The notes: generated by a model not told the origin, from the letters alone. DNA of 64,000 bases from Patescibacteria group bacterium (GCA_045541795.1 JAZQJV010000009.1:7460-71459); one strand, 5' to 3'. Numbered from the stretch's first letter, positions 8,961-19,535 are shown. A program made the numbers and translations.

Positions 8961-10280
8961 TTACGCCTGAGCGGCCATTGCTTTTAACATCGCTAAGTTT
9001 TGCTCGCGCAGGGTCTGGATGTCTAGATCAATATTGCCGTCAAGGCGTGGCTGACAGCGCAAGAATTTCTTGAGATCCTCACGAGTGATGACAAACGTCT
9101 CACTGGCCCAGCGCGGCTTGACTTCTACCCTATCGGCACCTAACTTATCACTGACTACCAGGCGGTAAGGACAGCCGATCAGATCAGCGGCAGCAAATTT
9201 GGCGCCAGGAGTAAGGTCACGGTCATCAAAGATGCATGAGGTCTGACCGGCGACATCCAAGCCTAGCTCTAAGCCGGCGGCAATTTCTTGCCCCTGTGGC
9301 CCAACTCCGATCAGGTAAAACTGAGCAGGAGCGACGGTTTCTGGCCAAATGATACCTTGCTCATCATGAGACTTTTCTACAATAATGCCCATACACCGGG
9401 AAATACCGATGCCGTAGCAGCCCATGTATGGCAGAGCTTTTTGGTTGTGACGGTCGGTGTATTTAATGTCAAAAATCTCGCTGTAGTGCTGGCCAAGGTC
9501 AAAAATATTACCGGCCTCACTAGCCCTGGCGGCATGAAGCGGAGCACCACAGTGAGGACATTTGGTCATATCACCAGCAATTTCTTTATTGATACAGTAG
9601 TCACATTCGTCACAATAAAGGATGTCATCTTCACCGGCGTCCGTCAGGACCATAAATTCATAAGAAACTTTATCCGTGAAATTACCGCCGCTGGCTTCGG
9701 TGGCCTTGGCCACGAGACCAACGCTGTGATAAAAATCAAGGTAGGCTTTTTTGACGCGCTCGTAGTACTCAAGCATTTCTTCGTGCGTCTCATGGAAAGA
9801 ATACATGTCTTTCATCAAAAATTCTCGGCCGCGCAGGATACCAGACTTGGCGCGCAACTCATCACGGAATTTCCACTGGATCTGGAAAACGCTTTTGGGC
9901 AGATCTTTGTATGATTTGATGATTTCGCCCATCAGCGGAGTGACGATTTCTTCGTGAGATTGGCCGAGAGCGTACTGCTTGCCCGTTTGTGATTCGATGT
10001 GGAAAAGGACGTCAATATTGTCCCAGCCACCGGATTTTTTCCATGGTTCCGAAGGGTGTAAAGCAGGCATGTGGACTTCAGCTGAGTCGACGGCTTTCAT
10101 GTGGGCGCGGGCAATTTCACTGATGCGATTGAGAATGAGCAAGCCAAGCTCGGTATACGTGTAGACGCCGGCCATAGTCTGGCGCACAAAACCGGCTTGC
10201 ACCAAGAGGCGATGATTGACGGTATCGGCTTTGGCGGGCGCTTGTTTTAACGGAGTAAATAATTGCTGAGACATTTTCAT
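8961..10280 (-). CDS. proS: Prolyl-tRNA synthetase (short form, no editing domain)
   Basis: QIQWKFRDELRAKSGILRGREFLMKDMYSFH, MGCYGIGISR, GIIWP, anticodon-binding domain. Confidence 0.92.
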   Translation of the reverse strand: MKMSQQLFTPLKQAPAKADTVNHRLLVQAGFVRQTMAGVYTYTELGLLILNRISEIARAHMKAVDSAEVHMPALHPSEPWKKSGGWDNIDVLFHIESQTGKQYALGQSHEEIVTPLMGEIIKSYKDLPKSVFQIQWKFRDELRAKSGILRGREFLMKDMYSFHETHEEMLEYYERVKKAYLDFYHSVGLVAKATEASGGNFTDKVSYEFMVLTDAGEDDILYCDECDYCINKEIAGDMTKCPHCGAPLHAARASEAGNIFDLGQHYSEIFDIKYTDRHNQKALPYMGCYGIGISRCMGIIVEKSHDEQGIIWPETVAPAQFYLIGVGPQGQEIAAGLELGLDVAGQTSCIFDDRDLTPGAKFAAADLIGCPYRLVVSDKLGADRVEVKPRWASETFVITREDLKKFLRCQPRLDGNIDLDIQTLREQNLAMLKAMAAQA

Positions 10281-10353
10281 ATGAGCTATATTGTATCACG
10301 AAAAGGGGAAATTATTCTAGCAATTTTTGCGACTATTGGTTAATCTTGCATTT

Positions 10354-10494
10354 TGTGTGGCATGAAATGCTACACGTGTGGCATTACTTTGCGATTTTCG
10401 CCTGGAAAATATATCATAAACTGTGTGGCATTTTACATGTTTTGTGTGGCACTGGCGTATTAGCGTGTGGCATTTTGAGTACAAAATGTGTACA
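10354..10494. repeat. Dispersed GTGTGGCA element (copy 2)
   Basis: GTGTGGCA at 10355, 10376, 10423, 10444, 10465; same spacing as copy 1. Confidence 0.9.
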
Positions 10495-10518
10495 ATTTTA
10501 ACTTTTATGGCCTTTTAA

Positions 10519-10595
10519 TGGTGCGTTCGAGAGGACTTGAACCTCCAACCTACGGCTCCGCAAGCCGGCGCTCTATCCAGTTGAGCTACGAACGC
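10519..10595 (-). tRNA. tRNA-Arg(GCG)
   Basis: GCGTTCG acceptor, D arm TAGCTCAACTGGATAGAGC, anticodon loop TT-GCG-GA, GGTTCAAGTCC T arm, encoded CCA. Confidence 0.93.
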
Positions 10596-10691
10596 ATATA
10601 GCGTATTATAACACGGAAAAACGGTTTTGGCGAGACCAATTTGGGTATGTTGACACTGATCAGGCAAAATGCTGCAAAGAGGAAAGGAGCG

Positions 10692-11306
10692 TTAGTCGCC
10701 AGTGAAGTTTTTGCGCCACCAGTCGGCCCACTCATCTAAGCGGCCACGGGGCGGAGCTTGATTGATCAGGTAATGATCGAGAACCTTGATGAGTTGTTTT
10801 TTGTTGCGCGGGTGGCCGACGAGCATTACCACGTGGAATGGAAAACGGCGCGTCTCAATGATGACTTGTTCTTGGCCTTGACTAGTCTCAAACCAGTAAC
10901 GCTTGCCGCGCTCGAGCCAGGGGAAAAAGCGGCCGCCAGAATAAATGCCGTAATTGGTGATGGTATGGCGGATTTTTTGTGGGGGGACATTGGCCAGGAC
11001 AAAGCCTAAAAAAATGAGCGCCAGCACCACGATCAAAAGTGCCATCCGGCTCAAAAAGACGAGCAACAAAACGATAAGAACCAGCAGTAAGGTCATATTG
11101 CGCTTGTATGACGGTGAGAGACGAGGGTTGTAAACTCTTTCTGGCGAGACCCAGGTAAAAAGTTGTTTTTCCTGGAAATCAGGGACGTCTTCATAGTCAC
11201 GCTGGATGCCACGCCAGACGTCACGAGCTTCGGCCTGATCCATAGTAATACTACCATAAGTAGCTTCTTGGAGCGCTTGGTCAGACAAATATACGCTGTC
11301 TCGCAT
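10692..11306 (-). CDS. Conserved CPR membrane protein (two TM plus PH-like soluble region)
   Basis: LFTWVSPER, two TM helices, ITNYGI..G.FFPW; leaderless TGGTATAAT. Confidence 0.65.
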   Translation of the reverse strand: MRDSVYLSDQALQEATYGSITMDQAEARDVWRGIQRDYEDVPDFQEKQLFTWVSPERVYNPRLSPSYKRNMTLLLVLIVLLLVFLSRMALLIVVLALIFLGFVLANVPPQKIRHTITNYGIYSGGRFFPWLERGKRYWFETSQGQEQVIIETRRFPFHVVMLVGHPRNKKQLIKVLDHYLINQAPPRGRLDEWADWWRKNFTGD

Positions 11307-11313
11307 GTGTTTA

Positions 11314-12510
11314 TTATACCACTTTTTGGGCTGTCTGGCTGGATAATTTCATATAAATGAGGAAGGCAAAAACGAGACCTGAGACCAGAAGGAAAGCCGC
11401 GATCTTGCCCCAGGTGGGTAAAACTTGAGCAAGGATGCCCATAAGTAGAGTGGTACACCAGTAAAAAACCGCGATGCGCCGCCGGCCCCAATGGAGGCGG
11501 TCTAGCAGTTTGTGATGCAGATGGCCACGATCGCCTAAAAAGATTGATTTACCGGCAATAAAACGGCGCAAGATCGTGAAGGTGGCATCGGCTATCGGGA
11601 GTGCCAGTACCATGAAAAGGGTGGCGATTTTGGCGCCGGCCATGATAGAAATGACGGCCAGGAGGAAACCGGCGAGACTGCCGCCACCGTAGCCCGGCAT
11701 GATTTTTTGGGGGTAGAAATTCCAGATGAGGAAACCGGCAAAGCTGCCAGAGACGATGAAAGCTAGCGGTGCCGCCTGGGTGTAAAAACCTTCGCGCAGT
11801 GACAAAACACCTACCCAAGCAGCTGCGATTGCAACTGTGCCGGGCATTTGGCCGTCAATGCCTTTAGACCAGTTGACGATATTAGTAAGCGCCACAATAT
11901 AAAATATCGTTAGTGTCGGCGGTATCCAACTCCAGGATGTCAGGTCAAGTACACCACCGAAAGGATTGGTGACATAATTAATAATCACTCCCCCGGCGAT
12001 GACGATGCAAGCCGCGATGATATTGACAATCAGACGAGGATAAGGCTTAAGATCGAGGATGTCGTCAAGAAAGCCGACAATGACAAGAAGCAAGGCAGCT
12101 AAAATGATAGCATCATACCTGACACTTGAATTAATGTATTTATCGTAATTACCTAAATATGATGGGTTTAATTCATCTAATATACAATCTCTGCCAGACA
12201 AACCACCAAACAGACAACTAAAAACACCCACACCAACTAGCATGACTATTATCCTTAAAAACAGCATAAATGCTATTGCCGTGAAAGAAATACCGCCAAA
12301 AATTGCCAGTCCGCCGCCACGAGGAATTTGCCCATGATGAGTATCCTTGATACCTTGGCGGTGGCCAGAGTGCGGTTTGTCCCAGCCGTGACGACGATAG
12401 AGTTTGATAACTCGCGGAACAAGTAAGTAAGTGACACCAAAAGCACACAACCAAAGAGCCGGCATACTAGTAAAAATTGGTATTAAGATTTCCCAAATGA
12501 AGCGTATCAT
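11314..12510 (-). CDS. MraY/WecA/TagO-family polyprenyl-phosphate HexNAc-1-P transferase
   Basis: IPRGGGLAIF, GFLDD, NIVNWSKGIDG, NFYPQKI, DRGHLHHKL. Confidence 0.9.
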   Translation of the reverse strand: MIRFIWEILIPIFTSMPALWLCAFGVTYLLVPRVIKLYRRHGWDKPHSGHRQGIKDTHHGQIPRGGGLAIFGGISFTAIAFMLFLRIIVMLVGVGVFSCLFGGLSGRDCILDELNPSYLGNYDKYINSSVRYDAIILAALLLVIVGFLDDILDLKPYPRLIVNIIAACIVIAGGVIINYVTNPFGGVLDLTSWSWIPPTLTIFYIVALTNIVNWSKGIDGQMPGTVAIAAAWVGVLSLREGFYTQAAPLAFIVSGSFAGFLIWNFYPQKIMPGYGGGSLAGFLLAVISIMAGAKIATLFMVLALPIADATFTILRRFIAGKSIFLGDRGHLHHKLLDRLHWGRRRIAVFYWCTTLLMGILAQVLPTWGKIAAFLLVSGLVFAFLIYMKLSSQTAQKVV

Positions 12511-12923
12511 ATCACCACCAATACAGTCCGCAAAAGAACTGCCAAAATGAGTACCTGGACACCGATCGTGAAGTATGCAAAACAGGTCAAAAGCAGAGTG
12601 TCATATTTGCGACCAAAGTAAATGACTAAAGCGTGAATCAAGTCAATGATAAAAGCGAGCACTGGCAGCAGGAAAATGTAGATGCGGTCGGCCAAGATTT
12701 GTTCGACATCGGCGAGCCCGCCAAAAAGCGGGATCTGAGGCGGCAGGAGACGGTAGAAAAAAATGCTGAAAAATACGGTAAAAATTGCCACCGGCACGGC
12801 ACCAAAAAAGTACGGCCAATAGTAAGAACGCAAAATGGGCGCGGTAGAAACGCGTTTTTCGGCCAAAGGCGTAGTGGTGGGATTGATGATGATTTTTGGT
12901 TTTGTAGGCTTGGGCATGGTCAA
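12507..12923 (-). CDS. Small membrane protein (DUF1648-like)
   Basis: Three TM, LPPQIPLF motif; 4-bp overlaps with both neighbours. Confidence 0.65.
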   Translation of the reverse strand: MTMPKPTKPKIIINPTTTPLAEKRVSTAPILRSYYWPYFFGAVPVAIFTVFFSIFFYRLLPPQIPLFGGLADVEQILADRIYIFLLPVLAFIIDLIHALVIYFGRKYDTLLLTCFAYFTIGVQVLILAVLLRTVLVVI

Positions 12924-14428
12924 ACTTTCTTGGTGACTTTGTACTCCATGTATTTGCCGAGCATGAGCCGGGTGTGAGCATCAATACCAGGCAAGGCGGT
13001 AAAAAAGAATCCTAAAAACGGGAACAGAATGAATTCGAGCGGTTGCTTGATGTAGGACCAGAGCGTGCGCCGGTGGGGCGGCTCAGGACGGTTGGCAGCG
13101 TCAATAATGATAATGGTAGCCAGCGAAATAAGAGCTAGCGTCAGCAAAAAGGAGGAAACTTGAGGTAAAGTTTTACCCAGAAGGGTGCGGTTAAATTCTT
13201 CATTGAGAAAAGGTGGCAGCAGGGCGGAAATAGTGATAGCAAACCAATTGACCGGCCAGAGAAAATGATCTTCGACCACTTTGAGCACGCGCAGAAAGCG
13301 GTCGGCAAAATTTATTTCGTCATGGATGATGAATTGCTTGATGATGTAGGCATCGTCAGAAACACCCCACGCCCAGCGTTTGAGTTGTTCGTATTGATTA
13401 ATCATCGTGCCCCAGAAGGTTTCTGTTTCTGGCATATCGGCGTAAATCGGTAAAAAGACGGGCCGGACGGTAAAATTACCTTTTTTGGCAAAAAATGACT
13501 TGAAAAAGAAGCGATAATCTTCGGGAATAACATCGGTGTCCCAAAAACCGATGTCGCGCATATGCTTGAGACTGGTGGAATAAGTAGAAAAATTGATCAG
13601 TCGGTCTGAGCGCATCAGGATGTACATTTGATTGACAGAAAACATAGCGCCGAGAACGCGGATAGGAGCGGGGACTTTCCAGATATTATTGTAAAAAACT
13701 ATGCTGCCCTGCCAGGTGGCGTTGTAACGCTCGCTGGCTTTGAGGCTGAGAAAGTCGTAAGTCAGTGCGGAGAAATAGTGGGAATGGAAAATGGCGTCGG
13801 CGTCTTCACTGGTGATGGTCACTTTTTTGATGTCTAGGCCGCATTCATCAATGAGTTTTTTGGTGCCGTACTTGCCGCCCCAGGCATTGTTGCTGGATTT
13901 ACCTTTAATTTCGCCGTCTATATCCGGATGAAAACTTGTCCAGAGATGACCAAAGGTGCGAGCGTACTTTTTTTTGAGGAGACGGGCTTTTTCCCGTCCC
14001 CTCTCCCCTTCTCGCTGCTCGAAGGCGATCACGATGTGGAGATTTTGCCTGGGAAAAGACTGACGACTGAGGTGGTCGAGTGTACGCTCAAGTGTGGTAA
14101 GTGGCTCAGTGTAAGTAGGAATAATGATCAAGTGATGGATTTGCCGGTATTTATCGCCAAATGTGTGCTGCAGATCACCGATCCAGTCATGACGGCGGCT
14201 GGCCTGGAGCCGGAAATGAGCAGCGACGGCTAAAATCGCCATCACGGCCGAGCGATACAGCCAGTAGACAGTAAAGGCAATGACGTAATAAGCGACTAGC
14301 TGCGGACAAACGTAAGAACCCCAGATCGGGAAAAGGATGAGTGACCACGAAATGAATCCCGGCAGGATTTCGAGAGCACGTTGCGTCCGCACAGGATGAC
14401 GCAAAAAATATTTTTTCACCATGGTCAT
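12920..14428 (-). CDS. GT2-family membrane glycosyltransferase
   Basis: IIIPTYTEP, GKSSN, DAD, IPED, QLKRWAWG; start at ATG 14428 after TGGTATAAT. Confidence 0.85.
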   Translation of the reverse strand: MTMVKKYFLRHPVRTQRALEILPGFISWSLILFPIWGSYVCPQLVAYYVIAFTVYWLYRSAVMAILAVAAHFRLQASRRHDWIGDLQHTFGDKYRQIHHLIIIPTYTEPLTTLERTLDHLSRQSFPRQNLHIVIAFEQREGERGREKARLLKKKYARTFGHLWTSFHPDIDGEIKGKSSNNAWGGKYGTKKLIDECGLDIKKVTITSEDADAIFHSHYFSALTYDFLSLKASERYNATWQGSIVFYNNIWKVPAPIRVLGAMFSVNQMYILMRSDRLINFSTYSTSLKHMRDIGFWDTDVIPEDYRFFFKSFFAKKGNFTVRPVFLPIYADMPETETFWGTMINQYEQLKRWAWGVSDDAYIIKQFIIHDEINFADRFLRVLKVVEDHFLWPVNWFAITISALLPPFLNEEFNRTLLGKTLPQVSSFLLTLALISLATIIIIDAANRPEPPHRRTLWSYIKQPLEFILFPFLGFFFTALPGIDAHTRLMLGKYMEYKVTKKV

Positions 14429-14457
14429 GTGCCCTATTATACCACACTGTGAGCTGT

Positions 14458-15663
14458 TTAGCGCTCGCGCTGCCAACAAGTGCCGGGCCCAGACAGAGTA
14501 AATGACAAAGTATGACTGGTCTGCTCGCCAGCTACCAAGAAGACGCCCCATTCATTCCAGATTTCAGCCCGGCTATCACTGATAGTGCGGTAGTCGGGAT
14601 GAGTCGCAGGAACAGCGTCCCAGGTCAGTTCCTTGATAAAAACATCTGGCGGCAAAAGCAGCCGGAAATAATTAACCCAAATCTGGCGCTCGGTGACAAG
14701 TGCACCGCTAACAAATGGATTGTCATTGATCACCTGGACGCTATAAGTGGCAGTAGAAGTGCCGTCTGAGTGAGTGGTGATTTGCGGCTGGTGCCACTCC
14801 AGACGAGTGTAATGATCGGCTTTATTGATACCGACATTGCTTGGCACTGCGTAAAAATTGTTACAGTTTTTTTCTTGATACATACGTCCATCTATGCCTA
14901 TTTGTACAAAAAATGTCTCAATAAAAGCGTGAGGCGAATAAGCTTGGTACAAACGGTCTGATTTGGCGGTGTACAGTACTTGCAACACTTCAAAGCGCTG
15001 AGCAAATGACAAACTAGCCCAGGTATCACTAACAAGTCCGGCAAAATGGCGCAGAAATCTGGTTTTGGGGAGGCGTGGGAAGGCGGTAAGCTGGTGATCG
15101 CGCCTGGCGATGGTAGTAAAATTATCGGCCGTGATAAGCGTGCCGTGCTCGTCACGCAGATTATAATCTGACAAATGAGACTGCAAGTAAGCCAAAATCC
15201 TTTCTACCAGTGTAGAGTTGACGGCGATCACAATGTCGGGAGCGGGAAGGCGCGCTTGCTGTAGTAAAGCGCTGATCGTACTCGCGCTCAGGGCAAAGTC
15301 ACGCTCCCAGTTGGCATCTTGTAACTGAAGCCGGGAGCGACCGCCACTGAGATAACGCCGGGCGGCGGCGGGCGCAGGCGGGAAATGGCCTATTTGGGCT
15401 TGTAAATCGTAGACGTCATAAAAGTGATAATGATTGATCTGTGCACCTTGACCTTCCACCCACAGCAGTGAACCGAAAAAACCTCCGGTGGCCCGCACTT
15501 CGTCTGCGTTTTGGAAAATGACAGCGGTACGCCAGGTGTAATGAGCAAAAATGAGATAGACACTGATAATTTCAAGCAGCAGACCGAGCAAAACGCCGCC
15601 GCTGATGACAATCCAACACGGTAGATTTTTAATTGTCGTCAAAAGTGATCTTTTGGATGGCAT
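14458..15663 (-). CDS. DUF4012-like membrane-anchored protein
   Basis: FQNADEVRATGGFFGS, DANW, NVGINKAD, NYFRLLLP motifs. Confidence 0.7.
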   Translation of the reverse strand: MPSKRSLLTTIKNLPCWIVISGGVLLGLLLEIISVYLIFAHYTWRTAVIFQNADEVRATGGFFGSLLWVEGQGAQINHYHFYDVYDLQAQIGHFPPAPAAARRYLSGGRSRLQLQDANWERDFALSASTISALLQQARLPAPDIVIAVNSTLVERILAYLQSHLSDYNLRDEHGTLITADNFTTIARRDHQLTAFPRLPKTRFLRHFAGLVSDTWASLSFAQRFEVLQVLYTAKSDRLYQAYSPHAFIETFFVQIGIDGRMYQEKNCNNFYAVPSNVGINKADHYTRLEWHQPQITTHSDGTSTATYSVQVINDNPFVSGALVTERQIWVNYFRLLLPPDVFIKELTWDAVPATHPDYRTISDSRAEIWNEWGVFLVAGEQTSHTLSFTLSGPGTCWQRER

Positions 15664-16399
15664 CGCCGACCTCCAAGCGCGGCAAAATTTCTAAGCCCTC
15701 ACTCACCCGGCCAAAAATTGCATGACGACCGTCTAAATAGGTCAGCGGCGCGAGCGTGATAAAGAACTGACTGCCGCCAGAATTTGGATAGCTGCCGTCT
15801 AGATTGATATTGGCCATAGACAGATAGCCGGGGCCGTCATGACTAAGCCCGGCGCCAAATTCGTCCTCAATCCGGTAGTCAGGATAACCGGTGCCCAAAG
15901 TGTCGAGTACAACCGGGTCAGTGACGCCACGACTAGCCGGGTCGCCGATTTGAGCCACAAAGTTTGGCACCACCCGATGGAAATGCAGATCATCATAAAA
16001 ACCAGTGCGCGCCAGCGTGACAAAATTGGCGACAGTAAGCGGCGCTAAACTCTGGAATAATTCCACCGTGAGCACACCTTTGGAAGTGGTAATGTGGGCT
16101 GTCTGGGCGGAGCTACTGGCTGGGAAATCCTGGAGCGTTTTGAGCGGCAAGTGCATAGCGCTAGGACCAGTGACGTCCGTGGTAAAATTGTAACTGTCTG
16201 ATCCCATTTGCTGGCCGTCCGCCAGCTCCATGCGAGAAATGTCACTGGTAGATGAAGGGACGACGGGCGTAGTAGAGCTTACCTTGGGCTTGTGGCTGCG
16301 GGCAATATTGACCAAAAAAAGACTGACCAAAAGAATAATCAAGGCGGCTAAAACGAGTAGCCCAGCACGGTTGAGACTAGTGAGTTTTTTTGTTTGCAT
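15629..16399 (-). CDS. Cyclophilin-type peptidyl-prolyl isomerase, membrane anchored
   Basis: APLTVANF, FHRVVPNFVAQIGDP, LSMAN, GSQFFIT, LDGRHAIFGRV. Confidence 0.92.
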   Translation of the reverse strand: MQTKKLTSLNRAGLLVLAALIILLVSLFLVNIARSHKPKVSSTTPVVPSSTSDISRMELADGQQMGSDSYNFTTDVTGPSAMHLPLKTLQDFPASSSAQTAHITTSKGVLTVELFQSLAPLTVANFVTLARTGFYDDLHFHRVVPNFVAQIGDPASRGVTDPVVLDTLGTGYPDYRIEDEFGAGLSHDGPGYLSMANINLDGSYPNSGGSQFFITLAPLTYLDGRHAIFGRVSEGLEILPRLEVGDAIQKITFDDN

Positions 16400-16425
16400 A
16401 AGTCCAGTATACCATAATGTATGGC

Positions 16426-19401
16426 CTAGTCAACCATCCCTCCCGGTCGACCGTGACACTTTTTGAATTTTTTGCCAGAACCGCACGGACAGGGATCATT
16501 ACGTCCCACACCAGCATAAATGTCTGGCGGATTTTTGTCTGTGGGCTGAGCGGGAGACGTCGTCTGTTTTTTGGCCTGCTGAGCACGCAAAGCATCCGCC
16601 AATGACGAGCTAGAATGATCTGAAGGCGGGGCTTTTTCGTTAAAACGCTTGACTAGCGGATCATTTTCCAGATCAATGTCACCTAATTGCTGGAGAGCTT
16701 TTTGGACCTGCGGATCATCACTATTGAGGAGTGAGTGCGCCATTTCTTCTGGTGAAGCGCCACTAGTGATGGCATCCGTCAGCGGTGAGCGTGATGGCGC
16801 TTGGGCACGCGGATTTACCTGGATACGGAAAATCCGTTCAATCACACTCTGCTTGATATTAATCATGAGCTTTTCAAAAAGAGCAAAAGCTTCTTTGCGG
16901 TATTCGGAAAGGACGGTATTTTTATCACCACGCATCCAAATCCCCTGCCGCAAGTCGTCAATGGCGTCTAAATGATCCATCCACAGCTCATCCACCGTAG
17001 ACAATAGTAAATGTTTTTCGATTTCATTGGTGACTTCAACTCCCAAGCCTTGTTGTCGCGCTTCGTAAGTCTTGCGCACAAGCATCTGTAATTCCTTGGT
17101 AATGGTGTCCGGATTTTGCCCCCAGCGGTCAAACTGTTGCCGGATATTTTTTTGCGAAGGCGGATCAAAGGGAATGATCTTAATGATCAGACGCATGAGC
17201 TGATCCTTGGTCTCATCCCAGCTTTCTGCCGAAAAACTGGCTTGCACGCCGCCAGCGATAAACTCATCTAAGTAGCCAAGAATTTCGTCAGTGAGAGTCT
17301 GGCGGGTGACGGTGGCTTCATTGACGCTAGTCTCGCTGCGGTCACGGCTCGAAAGTTCCAGATAGCGGCGGCGTTTTTTATAGATGATCTCACGCTGCTT
17401 ATTCATGACGTCATCAAACTCTACCAAGCGCTGGCGCTGATCAAAAAAATAGCCTTCCACTTTGGTTTGCGCTTGTTCGATGGATTTGCCCACCATAGCG
17501 GCTTCAATCGGTTGGCTTTCGGGGATTTTGAGCATTTCCATGAGTCGGGCGATCTGCTCGCCGCCAAAAATGCGCATGATCTCATCTTCCAGTGCCACGT
17601 AAAAACGTGATGAGCCCGGATCGCCCTGACGACCAGCTCGGCCACGCAACTGATTATCTATCCGACGTGATTCGTGCCGTTCTGTACCCAAGATAGCCAA
17701 GCCGCCCAAATCCTTCACCTCCTGATTGCGTTTTTGCCACTCGCCTAGTGCCGCTTGGAATTTCTCCTCGTCATATTTGCCCTGCGCCTCACGGAAATCT
17801 TTGAGTTCTGGCGTGGCGCCGCCCAGGACGATGTCTACACCACGCCCGGCAATATTGGTGGCTACAGTGATGGCATTTTTTTCGCCGGCTTTGGCGATGA
17901 TAAAAGCTTCTTTTTCGTTATTTTTGGCATTGAGAACTTCATGCGGGATACCTTTTTTGCTCAGCAAGCGAGAAATGATCTGATTGTGGTCAATAGAACG
18001 AGTACCGATCAAAATTGGCCGTCCGGTAGCGTGAATTTCTTCTACTTCCTTGACGAGTGCAGAATACTTGGCGGCGGCAGTCTTATAGACCAGATCCGTC
18101 ATGTCTTGCCGTTGGAGCGGTTTATTGGTGGGAACGATCAGCACATCTAGGTGATAGATTTTTTTGAACTCCTCCGCTTCTGTACCTGCTGTGCCCGTCA
18201 TACCGGCGATTTTGTCGTACAGCCGGAAATAATTTTGCAGGGAAATGGTAGCTAAAGTGCGGGATTCTTGCTGGATTTTGACGCCTTCCTTGGCCTCGAT
18301 AGCTTGATGTAAACCTTCACCATAGCGCCGGCCATACATCAGCCGACCAGTGTGCTCATCCACGATAATCACTTGGCCGTCGCGGACAATGTATTCTTTA
18401 TCCCGGTGATACAGTGCGGCTGCCCGCAAGGCATTTTCGATGTAGTGGATCGTATCAAAATCTTCTTCGTAAAGATTATTAATGCCGAGTTTTTGCTCGA
18501 TCCGCTTGACGCCCAAATCAGTGAGGGTGGCGGTTTTGGCTTTTTCATCAAGTTTATAGTCAGTGTCTTTGACCAGTGTCGTCACCATCTGAGCAAAACG
18601 AGTGTATTTGTCTGTAGGGTCGCTGGCGGGGGCGGAAATAATCAGCGGTGTCCGGGCTTCATCTATCAAAATAGAGTCAGCCTCATCGACGATAGCATAA
18701 AAATGCGGTGTATCCTGACGCTGGACCATCTTGGACAGTTCTGGTACCATATTATCACGCAAGTAGTCAAAACCAAATTCATTATTGGTGCCGTATAAAA
18801 TATCGCAAAGATAGGCTTGTTGACGGGTGATGGGGCGGAAATGTTCCAGCCGTTCATCGCCGCGATCGGCATTTTGGATGTCTGGATCATACATTTTGGC
18901 CTCGTCATGAATGATGACCGCTGTCTTGAGTCCTAAGAAGTGGTAAATCTGCCCCATCCAGCCAGCGCCGACCTCGGCCAGGTAATCATTGACAGTGACC
19001 AAGTGTGCACCTTTGCCCAGCAAAGCATTAAGATAAAGTGGTGCCGTAACCGTGAGCGTTTTGCCTTCACCAGTTTTTTGTTCGGTGATCATGCCGTGAT
19101 GCAGACCGATGCCGGCCAAAAGTTGGACGTCAAAATGCCGCATCCCCAAAACTCGGCGTGAAACTTCCCGCACAGTCGCGAAAGCTTCCGGTAAAATTTC
19201 TTCTAAGGTCTGCGCGTCAGCAATACCGGATTGGCGGTTTTTGGTAATGATAGCTTTGAACTTATTGGTCTGGGCGGCTAACTTCTCGTCACTCAAACTT
19301 TGTATCGCCGGCTCTAAAGCGTTGATCTGTTCTACGATCGCTTGATACTTTTTGAGCGTGCGCGCGTTCTCATCAAAAAATTTACTGATAAACTTCCACA
19401 T
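16426..19401 (-). CDS. secA: Preprotein translocase ATPase SecA
   Basis: KTGEGKT, DEADSILIDEARTPLIIS, RGRAGRQGDPG, C-terminal GRNDPCPCGSGKKFKKCH. Confidence 0.97.
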   Translation of the reverse strand: MWKFISKFFDENARTLKKYQAIVEQINALEPAIQSLSDEKLAAQTNKFKAIITKNRQSGIADAQTLEEILPEAFATVREVSRRVLGMRHFDVQLLAGIGLHHGMITEQKTGEGKTLTVTAPLYLNALLGKGAHLVTVNDYLAEVGAGWMGQIYHFLGLKTAVIIHDEAKMYDPDIQNADRGDERLEHFRPITRQQAYLCDILYGTNNEFGFDYLRDNMVPELSKMVQRQDTPHFYAIVDEADSILIDEARTPLIISAPASDPTDKYTRFAQMVTTLVKDTDYKLDEKAKTATLTDLGVKRIEQKLGINNLYEEDFDTIHYIENALRAAALYHRDKEYIVRDGQVIIVDEHTGRLMYGRRYGEGLHQAIEAKEGVKIQQESRTLATISLQNYFRLYDKIAGMTGTAGTEAEEFKKIYHLDVLIVPTNKPLQRQDMTDLVYKTAAAKYSALVKEVEEIHATGRPILIGTRSIDHNQIISRLLSKKGIPHEVLNAKNNEKEAFIIAKAGEKNAITVATNIAGRGVDIVLGGATPELKDFREAQGKYDEEKFQAALGEWQKRNQEVKDLGGLAILGTERHESRRIDNQLRGRAGRQGDPGSSRFYVALEDEIMRIFGGEQIARLMEMLKIPESQPIEAAMVGKSIEQAQTKVEGYFFDQRQRLVEFDDVMNKQREIIYKKRRRYLELSSRDRSETSVNEATVTRQTLTDEILGYLDEFIAGGVQASFSAESWDETKDQLMRLIIKIIPFDPPSQKNIRQQFDRWGQNPDTITKELQMLVRKTYEARQQGLGVEVTNEIEKHLLLSTVDELWMDHLDAIDDLRQGIWMRGDKNTVLSEYRKEAFALFEKLMINIKQSVIERIFRIQVNPRAQAPSRSPLTDAITSGASPEEMAHSLLNSDDPQVQKALQQLGDIDLENDPLVKRFNEKAPPSDHSSSSLADALRAQQAKKQTTSPAQPTDKNPPDIYAGVGRNDPCPCGSGKKFKKCHGRPGGMVD

Positions 19402-19414
19402 ACTTATGTCCCAC

Positions 19415-19497
19415 TTTGTAAACAGTTTGTACTTTGTTTGTTCACTTTTTCCAGATGTGCGTGTTTAACATTTGTTGAACATTTGTTAAACATTTTT
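19415..19497. repeat. Dispersed TTTGTTAAACA element (copy 2)
   Basis: Shares gtttgtactttgtttgttcactttttccagatgt with 2644 copy; directly upstream of secA. Confidence 0.85.
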
Positions 19498-19535
19498 TCA
19501 AACCAACGGCACAAAATGTTTACTTGTCACCTAAT

